From NCBI GenBank assembly GCA_041389025.1, contig JAWKSP010000001.1, forward strand, positions 128,002 through 192,001: DNA of 64,000 nt, written 5' to 3'. A program made the position numbers and the translations under genes. How positions within the stretch are numbered: position 1 is the stretch's first letter; each line of letters opens with the position of its first letter. The stretch comes from Minisyncoccota bacterium. GTDB taxonomy: Bacteria; Patescibacteriota; Minisyncoccia; Phycocordibacterales; UBA918. A model generated the notes under the pieces. It was not told where the DNA came from and searched no databases. It saw nothing but the letters and a program-made list of their open reading frames with translations. Below, piece by piece: positions 36,772 through 47,609 of the stretch.

Positions 36772-37113
36772 CCGTTTAGAGCTAGCATGAGACACTATGT
36801 CTGGTGCTAGTTTTGTTTATGATATTTGTATGAATAAAAAGACATTATAATTACTAACAGATTTACATACACACCAAAAAGCCCAAGCAGCGATAAAGAA
36901 TTTTTCCAAGCCCTATCATTATTTGTAATTAATGTTGAATATGAGATATAAATAGCTGATATTGTATGTAGACCAGTTCTGAAACCATTGCACTTTTGAA
37001 GTGCTACAAACGCTCACATAACAGCGGTTGATTTTATACCTGTTTTTCTTGATAAAGAAAAACAGAGGCTTACTGTAGTAAATCTATTTATAGAATTGGG
37101 AAATAAAATTAAA

Positions 37114-37608
37114 CTAATCACCATCCAAATAACTATCAAAGTAAATGGAGTGACAAGTATAGCCACTAGGATTCTTCTGTAAGTAGTCTTGATGGTATTC
37201 TTCAGCCGGCCAAAAGCGGTCAAAATGTTCTAAAGTAGTAATCACCGGATCTGACCAACGACCAGATTCATTTACAATTTCAATCATTTCCTCAGCCACT
37301 TTTCTCTGCTCTTCGTTGGCATAAAAAATCGCGCTACGATAGCTGGTACCTTTATCATTTCCTTGTTGATTTAAGGTAGTTGGATTATGAATTTGAAAAA
37401 AGAAATCTAATATTTTTTTATAATTAGTTTTTTCTGGATCATAAGTTATTTCAATCGCTTCAGCGTGTCCAGGATGATTTTCGTAAGTAGGATTATCATT
37501 TTTTCCTCCGGTGTAACCAACTTCCGTGTCGACTACGCCGACTTGGGAGCGAATAAGGTCTTCCATACCCCAGAAACACCCGCCTGCTAATATTATTTTT
37601 TTATTCAT
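37114..37608 (-). CDS. msrA: Peptide-methionine (S)-S-oxide reductase
   Basis: [31 protein letters not shown]. Confidence 0.96.
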   Translation of the reverse strand: MNKKIILAGGCFWGMEDLIRSQVGVVDTEVGYTGGKNDNPTYENHPGHAEAIEITYDPEKTNYKKILDFFFQIHNPTTLNQQGNDKGTSYRSAIFYANEEQRKVAEEMIEIVNESGRWSDPVITTLEHFDRFWPAEEYHQDYLQKNPSGYTCHSIYFDSYLDGD

Positions 37609-37719
37609 GATAGTGAAGTTTTATTTATAATTCTTCCACTTCTTACAAAAGGCAATACACTTTGTTACTAATTTGCTTTAGACACTTAAAAGCTACCAAT
37701 CACTGACGCTACAAAAAAA

Positions 37720-38124
37720 CTAGGTTGTTTCGTGACTTAAGCAAACACCATTTATACAATAACGATCATGCCGACCAAAATTTCTCTCCCCATCCCCTTT
37801 TCGCTCTGGTCCATCAGGAAAAACATGACCTAGATGAGCGTCACATTTAGCACACCTAACTTCTGTTCGACGCATACCATGACTATCGTCAGGTATCATT
37901 TTAACCGCCTCTTTACTTACCGGTTCGGTAAAAGATGGCCAGCCAGTACCAGAATCAAACTTAGTCTCCCCCTTAAAAAGTGAGGCTCCGCAAACAGCAC
38001 AATGAAAAATTCCTTCTTTATCTGCAAAAAGTAAGTCACTGGAATTAGGCGCCTCAGTCCCGCCCTCGCGTGCTATCCGATATAACTCTGGATTTTCTTT
38101 TTTTAATGTTTCATCATCCTTCAT
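37720..38124 (-). CDS. msrB: Peptide-methionine (R)-S-oxide reductase
   Basis: KFDSGTGWPSF, RTEVRC, HLGHVFPDGP, RYCING. Confidence 0.96.
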   Translation of the reverse strand: MKDDETLKKENPELYRIAREGGTEAPNSSDLLFADKEGIFHCAVCGASLFKGETKFDSGTGWPSFTEPVSKEAVKMIPDDSHGMRRTEVRCAKCDAHLGHVFPDGPERKGDGERNFGRHDRYCINGVCLSHETT

Positions 38125-38244
38125 AAAATACTGATTAATATCTATTATGTTTTTTATATAATACTAGTTAAGCTAATTAAATTCCATTTCTAATGGTAGT
38201 AAATCAAGAGAATAATAAAAAAGTGTTATAATCTAGCCTGTCTT

Positions 38245-39198
38245 ATGAAAATATTTAAAAATAGCTGGTTATTAGGGTTAATTACCATAAGCCTACCATT
38301 TACTACCTCAGCCGCTTGGCTGGACAACAAACCAGTCAAAGATATTCCTGTACCAGTTTTGTTTGGAATAGATTTAAACAAACTAATTCCTGATTTTGGT
38401 GACTCACGTGGTGGAGGGACTCGATTACACGAAGGTCAAGATATGCGCGCACCTAAAGGGACTCCGATTATCTCACCAACAGATGCTATAGTCAGAAAAA
38501 CCGGAGAAGAAAATAGCGCAGGTAAATTTGTCTATACCGATAACCCAGGTGGAGAGAATTTCAGATATATGCACTTAGATACAATAGAAGTTAAAGTTGG
38601 TGATAAGTTAAAAGCTGGAGACTTAATCGGTACTGTCGGCGACACAGGAAATGCACCAGATGGTGTTTATCATTTACACTTTGAGATAAGAAAAGACCGA
38701 AAAGCGACCGATCCTTTTCCTAGACTCGTAGACAGCTATAACCTAAAAGAAAAAATGGCTTTACTTGATAGTATTTTTGACGATATAAAAGATGAAGATG
38801 GACTAGCAGAAATTTTGGTAAGTAATTTTTCAGACCTGTTTCAGATTGCTCTAAATGAAAATTATGATTTACCCAGAGAACTAGAAAAAGAGTTAACTAA
38901 CCAGAAAATTACCTCCACAGCAGATTTATTAAAAACACTAAATGAATTAATAGACAAAATCCCTATATTACTAAACATGGAATTAAATATTGGTGATGAA
39001 AACATTGCTGTTTCCCTTCTACAAACCTATTTAATATTTTCAAGTAATGGCCCAAACAAAGAACTATTAGCCAACACTGGAGCTACTGGTTACTTTGGAC
39101 CTTTAACCAAAGACGCCATGGTTGAATATCAAAAAAATAATAGCTTACCTCTCACTGGCATCTACGACCAAAACACTCGTTTAAAAATGATTAAATAA
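38245..39198 (+). CDS. M23 peptidase with C-terminal peptidoglycan-binding domain
   Basis: HEGQD, YMHL, VGDTGNA, HLHFEI; TGYFGPLTKDAMVEYQ. Confidence 0.9.
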   Translation: MKIFKNSWLLGLITISLPFTTSAAWLDNKPVKDIPVPVLFGIDLNKLIPDFGDSRGGGTRLHEGQDMRAPKGTPIISPTDAIVRKTGEENSAGKFVYTDNPGGENFRYMHLDTIEVKVGDKLKAGDLIGTVGDTGNAPDGVYHLHFEIRKDRKATDPFPRLVDSYNLKEKMALLDSIFDDIKDEDGLAEILVSNFSDLFQIALNENYDLPRELEKELTNQKITSTADLLKTLNELIDKIPILLNMELNIGDENIAVSLLQTYLIFSSNGPNKELLANTGATGYFGPLTKDAMVEYQKNNSLPLTGIYDQNTRLKMIK

Positions 39199-39261
39199 AA
39201 AAACAACCGACTGTCTGACAGTCGGTCTTCTAAATTTATTCATCTCAAACTCTTTATTCGC

Positions 39262-39870
39262 TTAAGTTTTCCTTACCAAGGCCAAGTATTGATCCCAAGG
39301 TAAGACAGAGTGGCAAACGTGCTTATCTACTTGAGCCACAAAGGTTTGCTCTAGTGCCCAACTTGGTTTATTTTTAACCTTTTCGGGGTTGTAATAAAAA
39401 ACCGCATCTGGGCAAGGGTTTTTAGACTTGCCAGACAAAACCTTTAAAACGATACCAGCAATTTTGTTATAGGTATCTCTGTCAATCGGTTTTATTAAAG
39501 ACAGTTGACAAATACCGTCATACTCACAAGGCATGTGGGCACGTTTTTGGTTTTGTTGTAAAGCGACTTCCAAAACAGTATTTGGAAAACGGTCACTATT
39601 TACTCGGTTTAGTACGTTGTGTACAACCATTGCCTGCCCGAGCTCGCTCTCACCTCGTGCCTCAACATATGTGAGTAAAACCAACATATGTACATCAGCT
39701 ATTGCATGTCCATACAAATTCAATCTCTCAACTTCTTCAGCTGAATAAGCTTTCTCTTCAACCGAAGTAGAGTCTAAAGAATTAAATTTATACGGCTCCT
39801 CAAACCAAGCCACCAAAGCAAAGATTAAGGTAACAATAAAAAGAACTGGGATAAAATACGTAATTTTCAC
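39262..39870 (-). CDS. SleB/CwlJ-like cell wall hydrolase (Hydrolase_2)
   Basis: EARGESELGQAMV..VLNRV..FPNTV, AVFYYNP. Confidence 0.88.
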   Translation of the reverse strand: MKITYFIPVLFIVTLIFALVAWFEEPYKFNSLDSTSVEEKAYSAEEVERLNLYGHAIADVHMLVLLTYVEARGESELGQAMVVHNVLNRVNSDRFPNTVLEVALQQNQKRAHMPCEYDGICQLSLIKPIDRDTYNKIAGIVLKVLSGKSKNPCPDAVFYYNPEKVKNKPSWALEQTFVAQVDKHVCHSVLPWDQYLALVRKT

Positions 39871-39928
39871 TACACTCTCCTCATTTAAAATTTAGAAGTA
39901 TTAAATGATAACATGAAACACAATTTTG

Positions 39929-40624
39929 TCAATGTTGGGGTATCTGCCCGTCTTTGCCCCTTTGTTTTCTAAGGGAAAGCTTTCTAAATACCCTAGGTGC
40001 AAATGGTATTCTTTGTCGTCTTTTCATCCACGAAAATCCTAGCAAAGCTACTACCAAGGCCCCGGCTCCATTAAAGATAAAGTCCCACATCGTATCTGGT
40101 AAACCAGTTTCTTGCATATTGTATCCAAACAAAGTATCTACCATATACTCATATATCTCCCAGACCACCGATATGGCAAGTGAAAAACAAATTGCAAAAA
40201 AAGCAATGAAACCCGGACTCATGGTAAGTTTGTCAGACTTTCTGGCGTTTAGTATATAAACCAACACAAACCCTACTGCTCCGAGCAATATACCGGATTG
40301 AATATGTAACCCAACATCCCACCAATAAAATCTTTCATAGAAATTGTGTAAACTGCCTAAAAAAAGAGACAGAAATATAAATACGACAATGGCAAAATCT
40401 ATTTCAAAAGGTAGGTAAAAACGATACTGTTGTTTCAGAAAAGGTGGTAACAACATTAAAAGAAGAATGAAAGTCGCACTAATAGCCGACTCCCATTCAC
40501 CCCACAGCAAAAACACTGGGGCTGATAAAGCTACGAAAGCGCGCATGCCAAAATAGATATACAAAGCTAATTTACTTTGTTTTTTTTCAGCTGAAACTTC
40601 TTTACTCATAACTGCATTATACAA
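39929..40624 (-). CDS. Integral membrane protein (YjdF/DUF2238-like)
   Basis: FYERFYWWD..LH, WEIYEY, DTMWD. Confidence 0.75.
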   Translation of the reverse strand: MYNAVMSKEVSAEKKQSKLALYIYFGMRAFVALSAPVFLLWGEWESAISATFILLLMLLPPFLKQQYRFYLPFEIDFAIVVFIFLSLFLGSLHNFYERFYWWDVGLHIQSGILLGAVGFVLVYILNARKSDKLTMSPGFIAFFAICFSLAISVVWEIYEYMVDTLFGYNMQETGLPDTMWDFIFNGAGALVVALLGFSWMKRRQRIPFAPRVFRKLSLRKQRGKDGQIPQH

Positions 40625-40687
40625 ATAATTTAATTATTTACTATAAAACCAGCAACTTCTACAGAAATATGTTTTAATCATATCGTT

Positions 40688-41332
40688 ATGAAAAGTGGTT
40701 TCTTTGACTTTATAAAAATAATATTAATTGCAATATTTTTTATTATAGCTTTACTTATTACCAATTTTTTTCAAACAGAGATTTCTGCTTATTTGGATTT
40801 TGGTTATTGGGGTATGATTTTTTATGTACTGTTAGGGATTACAGCTACCGTTTTGGCTCCCATCAGTACGATTCCTCTAATACCGGTTGCTACCGCTTTA
40901 TGGGGCGCGTTCATTACAGCCACACTTAGTGTTATTGCTTGGTCGATCGGTGCTGTCATAGCTTTTGTATTAGCCAGAAATTACGGTAAGCCAATATTAA
41001 AAAAATATGTAGATATAAAAAAAGTTTCCCAATACGAAAATTTGTTTGGTGAAAAATATATTTTTTGGAATATTGTGTTATTAAGAATGATGATTCCGGT
41101 AGATATCTTGAGCTACGCTATCGGATTATTTTCTTCAATCAATTTAAGGAGTTATATTATGGCCACCATAATCGGTATTACTCCTTTTGCTTTCGTTTTA
41201 GCCTATTTACCCGATATGGATTTATCTAAACAAATACCAATTGGTATATTTATAATTTTTATAGCTTTTCTGGGTTATAAAAAAATGTTAAATCAAAATA
41301 AAAATTCATCACCTACCATGGATGAAAATTAA
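40688..41332 (+). CDS. TVP38/VTT-domain membrane protein
   Basis: GAVIAFVLARNYG, LLRM, SYAIGL, TIIGITP. Confidence 0.85.
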   Translation: MKSGFFDFIKIILIAIFFIIALLITNFFQTEISAYLDFGYWGMIFYVLLGITATVLAPISTIPLIPVATALWGAFITATLSVIAWSIGAVIAFVLARNYGKPILKKYVDIKKVSQYENLFGEKYIFWNIVLLRMMIPVDILSYAIGLFSSINLRSYIMATIIGITPFAFVLAYLPDMDLSKQIPIGIFIIFIAFLGYKKMLNQNKNSSPTMDEN

Positions 41333-41352
41333 CCTAAACAAATAACTCTTTA

Positions 41353-42711
41353 CTACCGTCCAACTTCATTAGCGTTTCCAATATCTAACGGTGGGTAAAA
41401 ATTAACAATAAGATTATCCGTACTCAATCTGGCAGTTAACCAAGAAGTAACAACTTCTCCCTCTTCAAGATTTAAAGGAATAGTACTGGTAGCATATACC
41501 AAAGCCACCAAAGCCTCTTTGTCTAACCCTTCTTCTTCAAGATTGCCGTAAGACACGTCGCCGATAGCGATATTTGTTACTTTATTATTTATTGATCTAG
41601 CTTCATCCAATAATCGAGCTGGACTCTGAAAAGACTGCCTTTCACTCTCAAGCTTTGCTTCCATTGCCAATAATTTTTCATCGTCACTTCTAACCTCCTT
41701 TAGCACCTCCTGCCACTCTTCTTCAGTTAACGAAAAACCGTCCTGCCTGATTCTTAACTCAATACCATTTAAACCAAAATCTAACAACCTGTCTTCAAAT
41801 CCATTGATCTGGTCCTCGGTAAAACGGTCACTAAGAAAAGCTAGTTCAATAAATTTTGGTTCTGTATTATATGAAATATTTTTATAGACAATTACATACC
41901 CTTTATTCTCAAATACAGTTTCTATAAACTTAATTGAATTTTGATTAAAATTATTTTGATCGACAAACGTAACTGCTAGATAAATAGCTGGAATAGTGAT
42001 GATAAAAATTATAGCGGTTATTATATTTCTCACCTGTTTTTTCTTATTTTCATCAGGGTATTCTTTTTTGGGTAAATTCAAATATTTAGCTACTAATAAA
42101 GCTGAGAGGCAAATGAAAATACTGTTTATTAAAAATAAATACAACGCTCCAAAAATAAATTTTGGTTGCAAAGTTCCGAGACCATAACCGACCGTACATA
42201 AAGGCGGCATCAAAGCTGTGGCAATCGCTACTCCTGGAATAACATTACTTTGTTTCACGCGACTAACTCCAATAAAACCGGCAATACCACCAAAGATAGC
42301 TATCAATACATCAAAGATAGTTGGTTGAGTGCGTGCTAAAAGTTCAGACTGAGCATTGCTGATCGGAGAAATAGCAAAGTATATAGAAGAAATAACAATA
42401 CTAATTATAACTAGAGTAAGAAGATTACGAAACGAACGACGCATTAGACCCCAATCATTTATAGAAAGTGCTAGTCCAATGCTAACAATCGGACCCATCA
42501 AAGGTGATATAAGCATAGCTCCGATAATTACTGGAATGGAGTTTATGTTCAAACCAATTGAAGCTAAACCAATAGCAAACACCAGTGTCCAGAAACGAGC
42601 TGAACTGAAATCAGCGTCATCTTTTATATTTTCAATTATAGTTTGCTTCTCCTCAGCACCTTCACGTAAGTTGAACAATTTTTTTAAAAAAGAATTTACT
42701 TGTTGTTCCAT
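41353..42711 (-). CDS. DUF389 membrane protein
   Basis: VIIGAMLISPLMGPI, ELLARTQPT, PGVAIATALMPPLC. Confidence 0.9.
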   Translation of the reverse strand: MEQQVNSFLKKLFNLREGAEEKQTIIENIKDDADFSSARFWTLVFAIGLASIGLNINSIPVIIGAMLISPLMGPIVSIGLALSINDWGLMRRSFRNLLTLVIISIVISSIYFAISPISNAQSELLARTQPTIFDVLIAIFGGIAGFIGVSRVKQSNVIPGVAIATALMPPLCTVGYGLGTLQPKFIFGALYLFLINSIFICLSALLVAKYLNLPKKEYPDENKKKQVRNIITAIIFIITIPAIYLAVTFVDQNNFNQNSIKFIETVFENKGYVIVYKNISYNTEPKFIELAFLSDRFTEDQINGFEDRLLDFGLNGIELRIRQDGFSLTEEEWQEVLKEVRSDDEKLLAMEAKLESERQSFQSPARLLDEARSINNKVTNIAIGDVSYGNLEEEGLDKEALVALVYATSTIPLNLEEGEVVTSWLTARLSTDNLIVNFYPPLDIGNANEVGR

Positions 42712-42738
42712 ATTTTAGTTAATAAATAAAAGTATATA

Positions 42739-44052
42739 TCAACTTTGCAAAATTTTCTTGGTTTCAATCTTATAAGATTCTACATTTGGCTGATCAAATG
42801 GATTAACATTGAGTAATTTACCTAGATACATTACCTCCACCATCTTAAACTGCATAAAGGCACCGAGCTCGTAAGGATTCAGCGTTTCGAGTTGAATCTC
42901 CATAAAAGGTAGCTGTTTATTATTGTAGGCAATTTTTGTCCCTTCCAAAATTGCCGACATGATATCTGCAACAGAAGAATCATTTATCATTTCAACCACT
43001 GAAGAAAAAGTACGATTTTCTGGAATCTTAACATCATTTGACTTATCTATACTGTAAATAAAAGTAGTTATTTTATCATCTGGACCACCAAGATAAAGTT
43101 GTCCAACCGAGTGAAGATCAGTAGATCCGATAGAGACTGTCGGAGTGAGTCCAGCCCGAACTACTTTTCCGTCTTTATCATATTCTTTTCCAATACTTTC
43201 ACCTAAAAGTTGCCGATACCACTTCCCTAAAGATTCCAATTCACTATTAAAAATAAAATTATCATTGATAATTTTTCCGGACTCAAACGCATTTGCTAAA
43301 ATAGTGGCTGATTGAACTGCTGGATTTTTAAAAAAATCAATTTCCAAACATATTTCTCTCATATCACGCGCACCTTTTTGAAAACTTTCAATATCAAAGC
43401 CTAGTGCCGCCAAAGGAAACATACCAACCGCTGAAAAAACCGAGTAACGCCCACCAACTTTTTCCGGTAAAGTTAATGTTGTAAGTTTTTTTTCAATTGA
43501 TACCTGCCAATATTTTGAATTTTCATCTGTTATAACCACTAAACGATTCAATGAAGTATCTCCAAACTTTTGTAAAAAAGTATTTTGTAAAATTTCAGTA
43601 TTGGCAATAGTTTCAGTCGTACCACCTGATTTGCTAATAGTGACCAATAAATATTCTTCAGTTGACTTAATAGTCGGAATCAACTCATCAATATATATAC
43701 GTAAAACTTTGGTGTTTGTAGTATCAACAAAAATCATCTTCGGTCTAGCTTGCTCCAGTACATCTTCTGTCTCATAAAGGGCATCATACACTGCTTTTGT
43801 CCCCAAGTTTGAACCGCCGATACCGACAATAAATATATACCGTAGCTTTTCATTTGTTTTTTCAGCCACCATTTGTTTTACCACTGATAATAATTCATCA
43901 TTAAAAGGAAGGTTGATAGACGACTCATCAGCTTCGTAAGTATTTTTTTTAGCAATCTCTTTTAAGTCTTCAATATAAGGAACAAGTGTCTTTGCCCTAG
44001 AAAAAACTGAGTCCTGATTTACAGCTTCTGATGTTTTGAAAAAAAATTTCAT
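42739..44052 (-). CDS. pgi: Glucose-6-phosphate isomerase
   Basis: GIGGSNLG, SKSGGTTET, VGGRYSV, QLLGESIGK, DLHS, NPFDQPNVE. Confidence 0.93.
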   Translation of the reverse strand: MKFFFKTSEAVNQDSVFSRAKTLVPYIEDLKEIAKKNTYEADESSINLPFNDELLSVVKQMVAEKTNEKLRYIFIVGIGGSNLGTKAVYDALYETEDVLEQARPKMIFVDTTNTKVLRIYIDELIPTIKSTEEYLLVTISKSGGTTETIANTEILQNTFLQKFGDTSLNRLVVITDENSKYWQVSIEKKLTTLTLPEKVGGRYSVFSAVGMFPLAALGFDIESFQKGARDMREICLEIDFFKNPAVQSATILANAFESGKIINDNFIFNSELESLGKWYRQLLGESIGKEYDKDGKVVRAGLTPTVSIGSTDLHSVGQLYLGGPDDKITTFIYSIDKSNDVKIPENRTFSSVVEMINDSSVADIMSAILEGTKIAYNNKQLPFMEIQLETLNPYELGAFMQFKMVEVMYLGKLLNVNPFDQPNVESYKIETKKILQS

Positions 44053-44072
44053 ACTAAAAAAATTAATAACCC

Positions 44073-45341
44073 TTACAATCTTCCTCGCCCTTTTTCGGCT
44101 TCAATAATTCTGTTTATCGCTAAACGATAGCTTTGTTTTCTTAAGTCAGTCAAATCCTGATTACTTTCTTGAATTACTTTTTTAAACGCCATCACCAATC
44201 TTGATTCCAACTCAGAATAAACTTTCTCTATTGTCCAATAATCATTAGTACTATTCTGTATCCACTCAAAGTAGCTTACCATAACCCCACCGGCGTTAGC
44301 GATAATATCTGGTATTATCACCACACCGTTATCTTCCAACACCTCATCCGCCTCAGCAGTAATAGGATCATTGGCTAATTCTAAAATAACTCTGGCTTTT
44401 ATCTCACGAGCATTATTGTTGGTAATTTGATGAGAAATCGCTGCTGGCACCAACACATCAACATCAAGTAAAAGTAATTCTTCATTAGTGATTTCTTTAG
44501 CCTTATAACCTTCGGGCAGAGCACCAATTTTTTCACTTTTAAGAAGAGTCTCAATGTCTAAACCATTTTGATTATATATACCTTTTTTAGAATCACTCAC
44601 CGCCACCACCTTCGCTCCCCACTCGTACAGTATCTTCACAACATGCAAACCAACATTACCAAAACCCTGTACCGCCACAGTGGTATTTTTTATGTCTTTT
44701 CTAATATGCTCTAAATAAGTCTTTAAAATATAAGCTCCACCAAGTGAAGTGGCCTCTGTTCGTCCCGCAGAACCACCAAGTAAAACAGATTTACCGGTAA
44801 TAATCCCTGGAACAAAATAACCTCTGATTTTAGCATACTCATCAGCCATGTAGCCCATAATGGTCGAGTTGGTATTTACATCAGGAGCTGGAATGTCTGT
44901 TCTCTCTCCAATAAAAGGATGTACTTCACGAATAAAACTTCGTGATAATCGCTCTACTTCATTTCTAGTTAGAGTACGCGGATCAACCTCCACTCCACCC
45001 TTAGCTCCGCCAAAAGGGATATTGACTAAAGAACATTTCAAAGCCATAAGAAAAGCTAGATTTTTAACCTCTTGTAGATGTACATCGGAATGAAAACGGA
45101 TACCGCCCTTTCCCGGACCTAAAGCATCATTATAAAGAACACGATAGGCATTGAAAGTTTTTACCTCACCTGAATCCATGCGAATCGGTACAGCAAAAGT
45201 TAAGGTGCGCTTAGGACGATGTAGTAAATCAATCTCGGCTTCTGAATATTGATCAGTAGTCAAAATTTTATTAAGTCGTTGTCGACAATCGCCACAAATA
45301 TTATTGTCTTCAATGGTTTGAGTAGTAGTGAGTTTAGTCAT
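44073..45341 (-). CDS. gdhA: Glu/Leu/Phe/Val dehydrogenase (glutamate dehydrogenase-like)
   Basis: GPGKGGIRF, PFGGAKGG, DIPAPDV, QGFGNVG, NAGGVMVSYFEW. Confidence 0.9.
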   Translation of the reverse strand: MTKLTTTQTIEDNNICGDCRQRLNKILTTDQYSEAEIDLLHRPKRTLTFAVPIRMDSGEVKTFNAYRVLYNDALGPGKGGIRFHSDVHLQEVKNLAFLMALKCSLVNIPFGGAKGGVEVDPRTLTRNEVERLSRSFIREVHPFIGERTDIPAPDVNTNSTIMGYMADEYAKIRGYFVPGIITGKSVLLGGSAGRTEATSLGGAYILKTYLEHIRKDIKNTTVAVQGFGNVGLHVVKILYEWGAKVVAVSDSKKGIYNQNGLDIETLLKSEKIGALPEGYKAKEITNEELLLLDVDVLVPAAISHQITNNNAREIKARVILELANDPITAEADEVLEDNGVVIIPDIIANAGGVMVSYFEWIQNSTNDYWTIEKVYSELESRLVMAFKKVIQESNQDLTDLRKQSYRLAINRIIEAEKGRGRL

Positions 45342-45451
45342 AATTTGTTTACTAAATAATAAATAATATTTTTATAAATTCATGTATAAAGTTAATTGTT
45401 TCATTTTACCATTCATGTTAGTATTTAAGCAATCACGCAAATAATTAACCA

Positions 45452-45772
45452 ATGACTGAGAAAATTGGCCTAACAAAAATCAAACAAAATCTTAACTCCT
45501 CTGAGGCGGATATGATTTTAACTGATATTTTCAAACTACTTGGTGACAAAAACCGTTATCGGATTATGAAAATAATATCTGAAGATAAGGAGCTTTGTGT
45601 TGGGGACTTAGCTAAGATTCTCGACACTTCCATGTCGGCTGTATCCCAACATTTACGCATATTGGAAATGTCCGGACTAATTGAAGGTAATAGACGCGGG
45701 CAGTCGATGTGTTACAAACCTCTCCTCACCCACCCTAAAATTAAAGAAGTGTTAAAATTAATGAAACAATAA
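45452..45772 (+). CDS. ArsR/SmtB family transcriptional regulator
   Basis: FKLLGDKNRYRI, LCVGDLA, SAVSQHLRIL. Confidence 0.92.
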   Translation: MTEKIGLTKIKQNLNSSEADMILTDIFKLLGDKNRYRIMKIISEDKELCVGDLAKILDTSMSAVSQHLRILEMSGLIEGNRRGQSMCYKPLLTHPKIKEVLKLMKQ

Positions 45773-45801
45773 TTCTTATAATAAGGATAATTTTAAATTA
45801 C

Positions 45802-45866
45802 ATTAAAACAAGAACATAATAAGACCGCGAGCAAAGCTCGCGGTCTTATTATGTTCTTGTTTTAAT
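45802..45866. terminator. Perfect 31-bp-arm palindrome between convergent arsR-like and creD genes
   Basis: attaaaacaagaacataataagaccgcgagc-aaa-gctcgcggtcttattatgttcttgttttaat. Confidence 0.8.
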
Positions 45867-45870
45867 AATA

Positions 45871-47214
45871 CTACCGACCACCAACCGAATACCAATCCAA
45901 ATTCCTAGTGATATACATTACTATCGCCAATACTCCAAACAACAGTACCGAACCAAACAATAATGAATACTGATCCAATTGCAGAAGAATGTACAAGTAA
46001 CCATAGAGAGCGGTAAGCAAAGCTAATATAGACAACGCACGCTTCTTTAACTTAAGTACACTAAAACAGTAGCCAGTGATAAGTAACGTTGTCGCCAAAG
46101 CCGCTGTCACATAAGCCGCCACAAACCCAATAATTTCAGCAAACGAAAGCAAGAGTAGATAGAAGAGAGCGATCGCCAACCCTACCAGCAAGTACTGCAC
46201 TGGATGGATACGTAGCCCAGCCAATATCTCATACATAAAGAAAGTTAAGAACGTCAAACTGATAAAAAGAATTGAGTACTTGGTTGAACGATCAACCATA
46301 GTATAAAAATCAACTTCTTGATAAAGACCAACCCCAAATGTTTTAGACAAAAGAACATCAGGATTTATTGTTGCCGAATTACCAATCCACGATTGTGGTA
46401 AATTCTTTCCGTAAGAAGTGATTTTCCAAGTAGCTGAAAAACCATTTTCATTAATACTTCTCTCCTCCGGTAAAAATTCACCAATGAAACTAGGCGTATT
46501 CCAATCAGAATTTATGGTCACATCAGTGTTTTCTCCGAGTGGCAAAAAAGATATTTCTCTACTTCCTTTCAGCGGGAAATCAAAGGAAAAAGGATAACTA
46601 GTCTGACCTGGATCAATCTTCACCTCCGCATGCACACCACTATTATTAATAATTGAAAAGTTCGAAGCCGGTAGTAGCTGGTATTTATTTTCATTTAGGA
46701 CAAGGTCAAACATTGACGATATTCCTCTCGGATCAGAAACATTAATAGAGACAACTGCCTTATCCCAAAGTATTCTAGAATCTGCACCCACCTCTTTATT
46801 GATATTTGATAAATCAAAATTACCAGCCCCGCTAACGGTCGTGGTGTAGACCGGAGTATCATACACTCCTCTAGTTAAAAGTTTGGCGGCAACCTGACTG
46901 TCATAAGAAAGATTTTGTGGCAACAAAGTCAAAATAACTGTACTCACACCCCTTTCTCCAGTAGGTGTTATGCTCGTCTTTTCAACCGGAATAGTCAGCA
47001 CCGGACCAGCAATAGTCTGTGGCCGACTCCACTGTTCTGAGATTTGCGCCGAAACTTCCCTTTGTCTATCTTCCCTATCTTGAATCACTCCCCAGACAAA
47101 CTGAGTAGCGATCCAAGCCACCCCCATCAAAATAGCTAAGGTGAGTAATTTTTTAGTTAATCCATTATCACCCCTACGGTCATTTGTATTATTTACATTT
47201 TCGTTCATATTCAT
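45871..47214 (-). CDS. creD: Inner membrane protein CreD
   Basis: QTIAGPVL, PSFIGEFLP, RSTKYSILF, IHPVQYLLVG, FYLLLLSFAE, MYITRNLDWY. Confidence 0.93.
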   Translation of the reverse strand: MNMNENVNNTNDRRGDNGLTKKLLTLAILMGVAWIATQFVWGVIQDREDRQREVSAQISEQWSRPQTIAGPVLTIPVEKTSITPTGERGVSTVILTLLPQNLSYDSQVAAKLLTRGVYDTPVYTTTVSGAGNFDLSNINKEVGADSRILWDKAVVSINVSDPRGISSMFDLVLNENKYQLLPASNFSIINNSGVHAEVKIDPGQTSYPFSFDFPLKGSREISFLPLGENTDVTINSDWNTPSFIGEFLPEERSINENGFSATWKITSYGKNLPQSWIGNSATINPDVLLSKTFGVGLYQEVDFYTMVDRSTKYSILFISLTFLTFFMYEILAGLRIHPVQYLLVGLAIALFYLLLLSFAEIIGFVAAYVTAALATTLLITGYCFSVLKLKKRALSILALLTALYGYLYILLQLDQYSLLFGSVLLFGVLAIVMYITRNLDWYSVGGR

Positions 47215-47298
47215 AGTCGTTCATTATTTAAGGTTTTTATACCTTTCTATTACTAAACTATACCCAAATTAGTTACTGACTAAATTTGTGATTATTTT

Positions 47299-47599
47299 TT
47301 TGATTGATTGTATCGTACTTATTATCTATCCTCGTACCACCATAAGGTTGGTAGTTTAGTAACTGATTTAAGTATCCGGTTTGATCGGTAACTTTGGTAG
47401 TAGAGTTTAAGTGATCTTGGTGGTTGTAGTATGTCTTGGGTGCTGGTGTATCTGCTTCTATGGTAGCTACTAGAGTATGGTTGGTGTAGATGTGTTTGGT
47501 AATGTTCCCATTCTTTAGTTCGTAGTTGGAGAATGGGTAGAGGGTGGTGTTGGTACCGGTGGTTTTGGAGACTCTTTGACCGGTGTGGTCGTAGGTGTA
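47299..47599 (-). repeat. Orphan RHS core fragment, no toxin tip
   Basis: 301-bp copy of 54975-55275 with about 5 substitutions. Confidence 0.9.
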
Positions 47600-47609
47600 G
47601 GTGGTGGTG

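Noticed and set aside
36561-36810. ORFs overlapping tRNA-Ser (likewise 14189-14377, 26280-26492, 30765-31047, 35453-35884)
   Set aside because: Spurious frames across tRNA genes and structured repeats.
36830-37110. Possible degraded gene downstream of tRNA-Ser
   Set aside because: Multiple stops and no convincing motif; also no trace of the tRNA-associated element core here.
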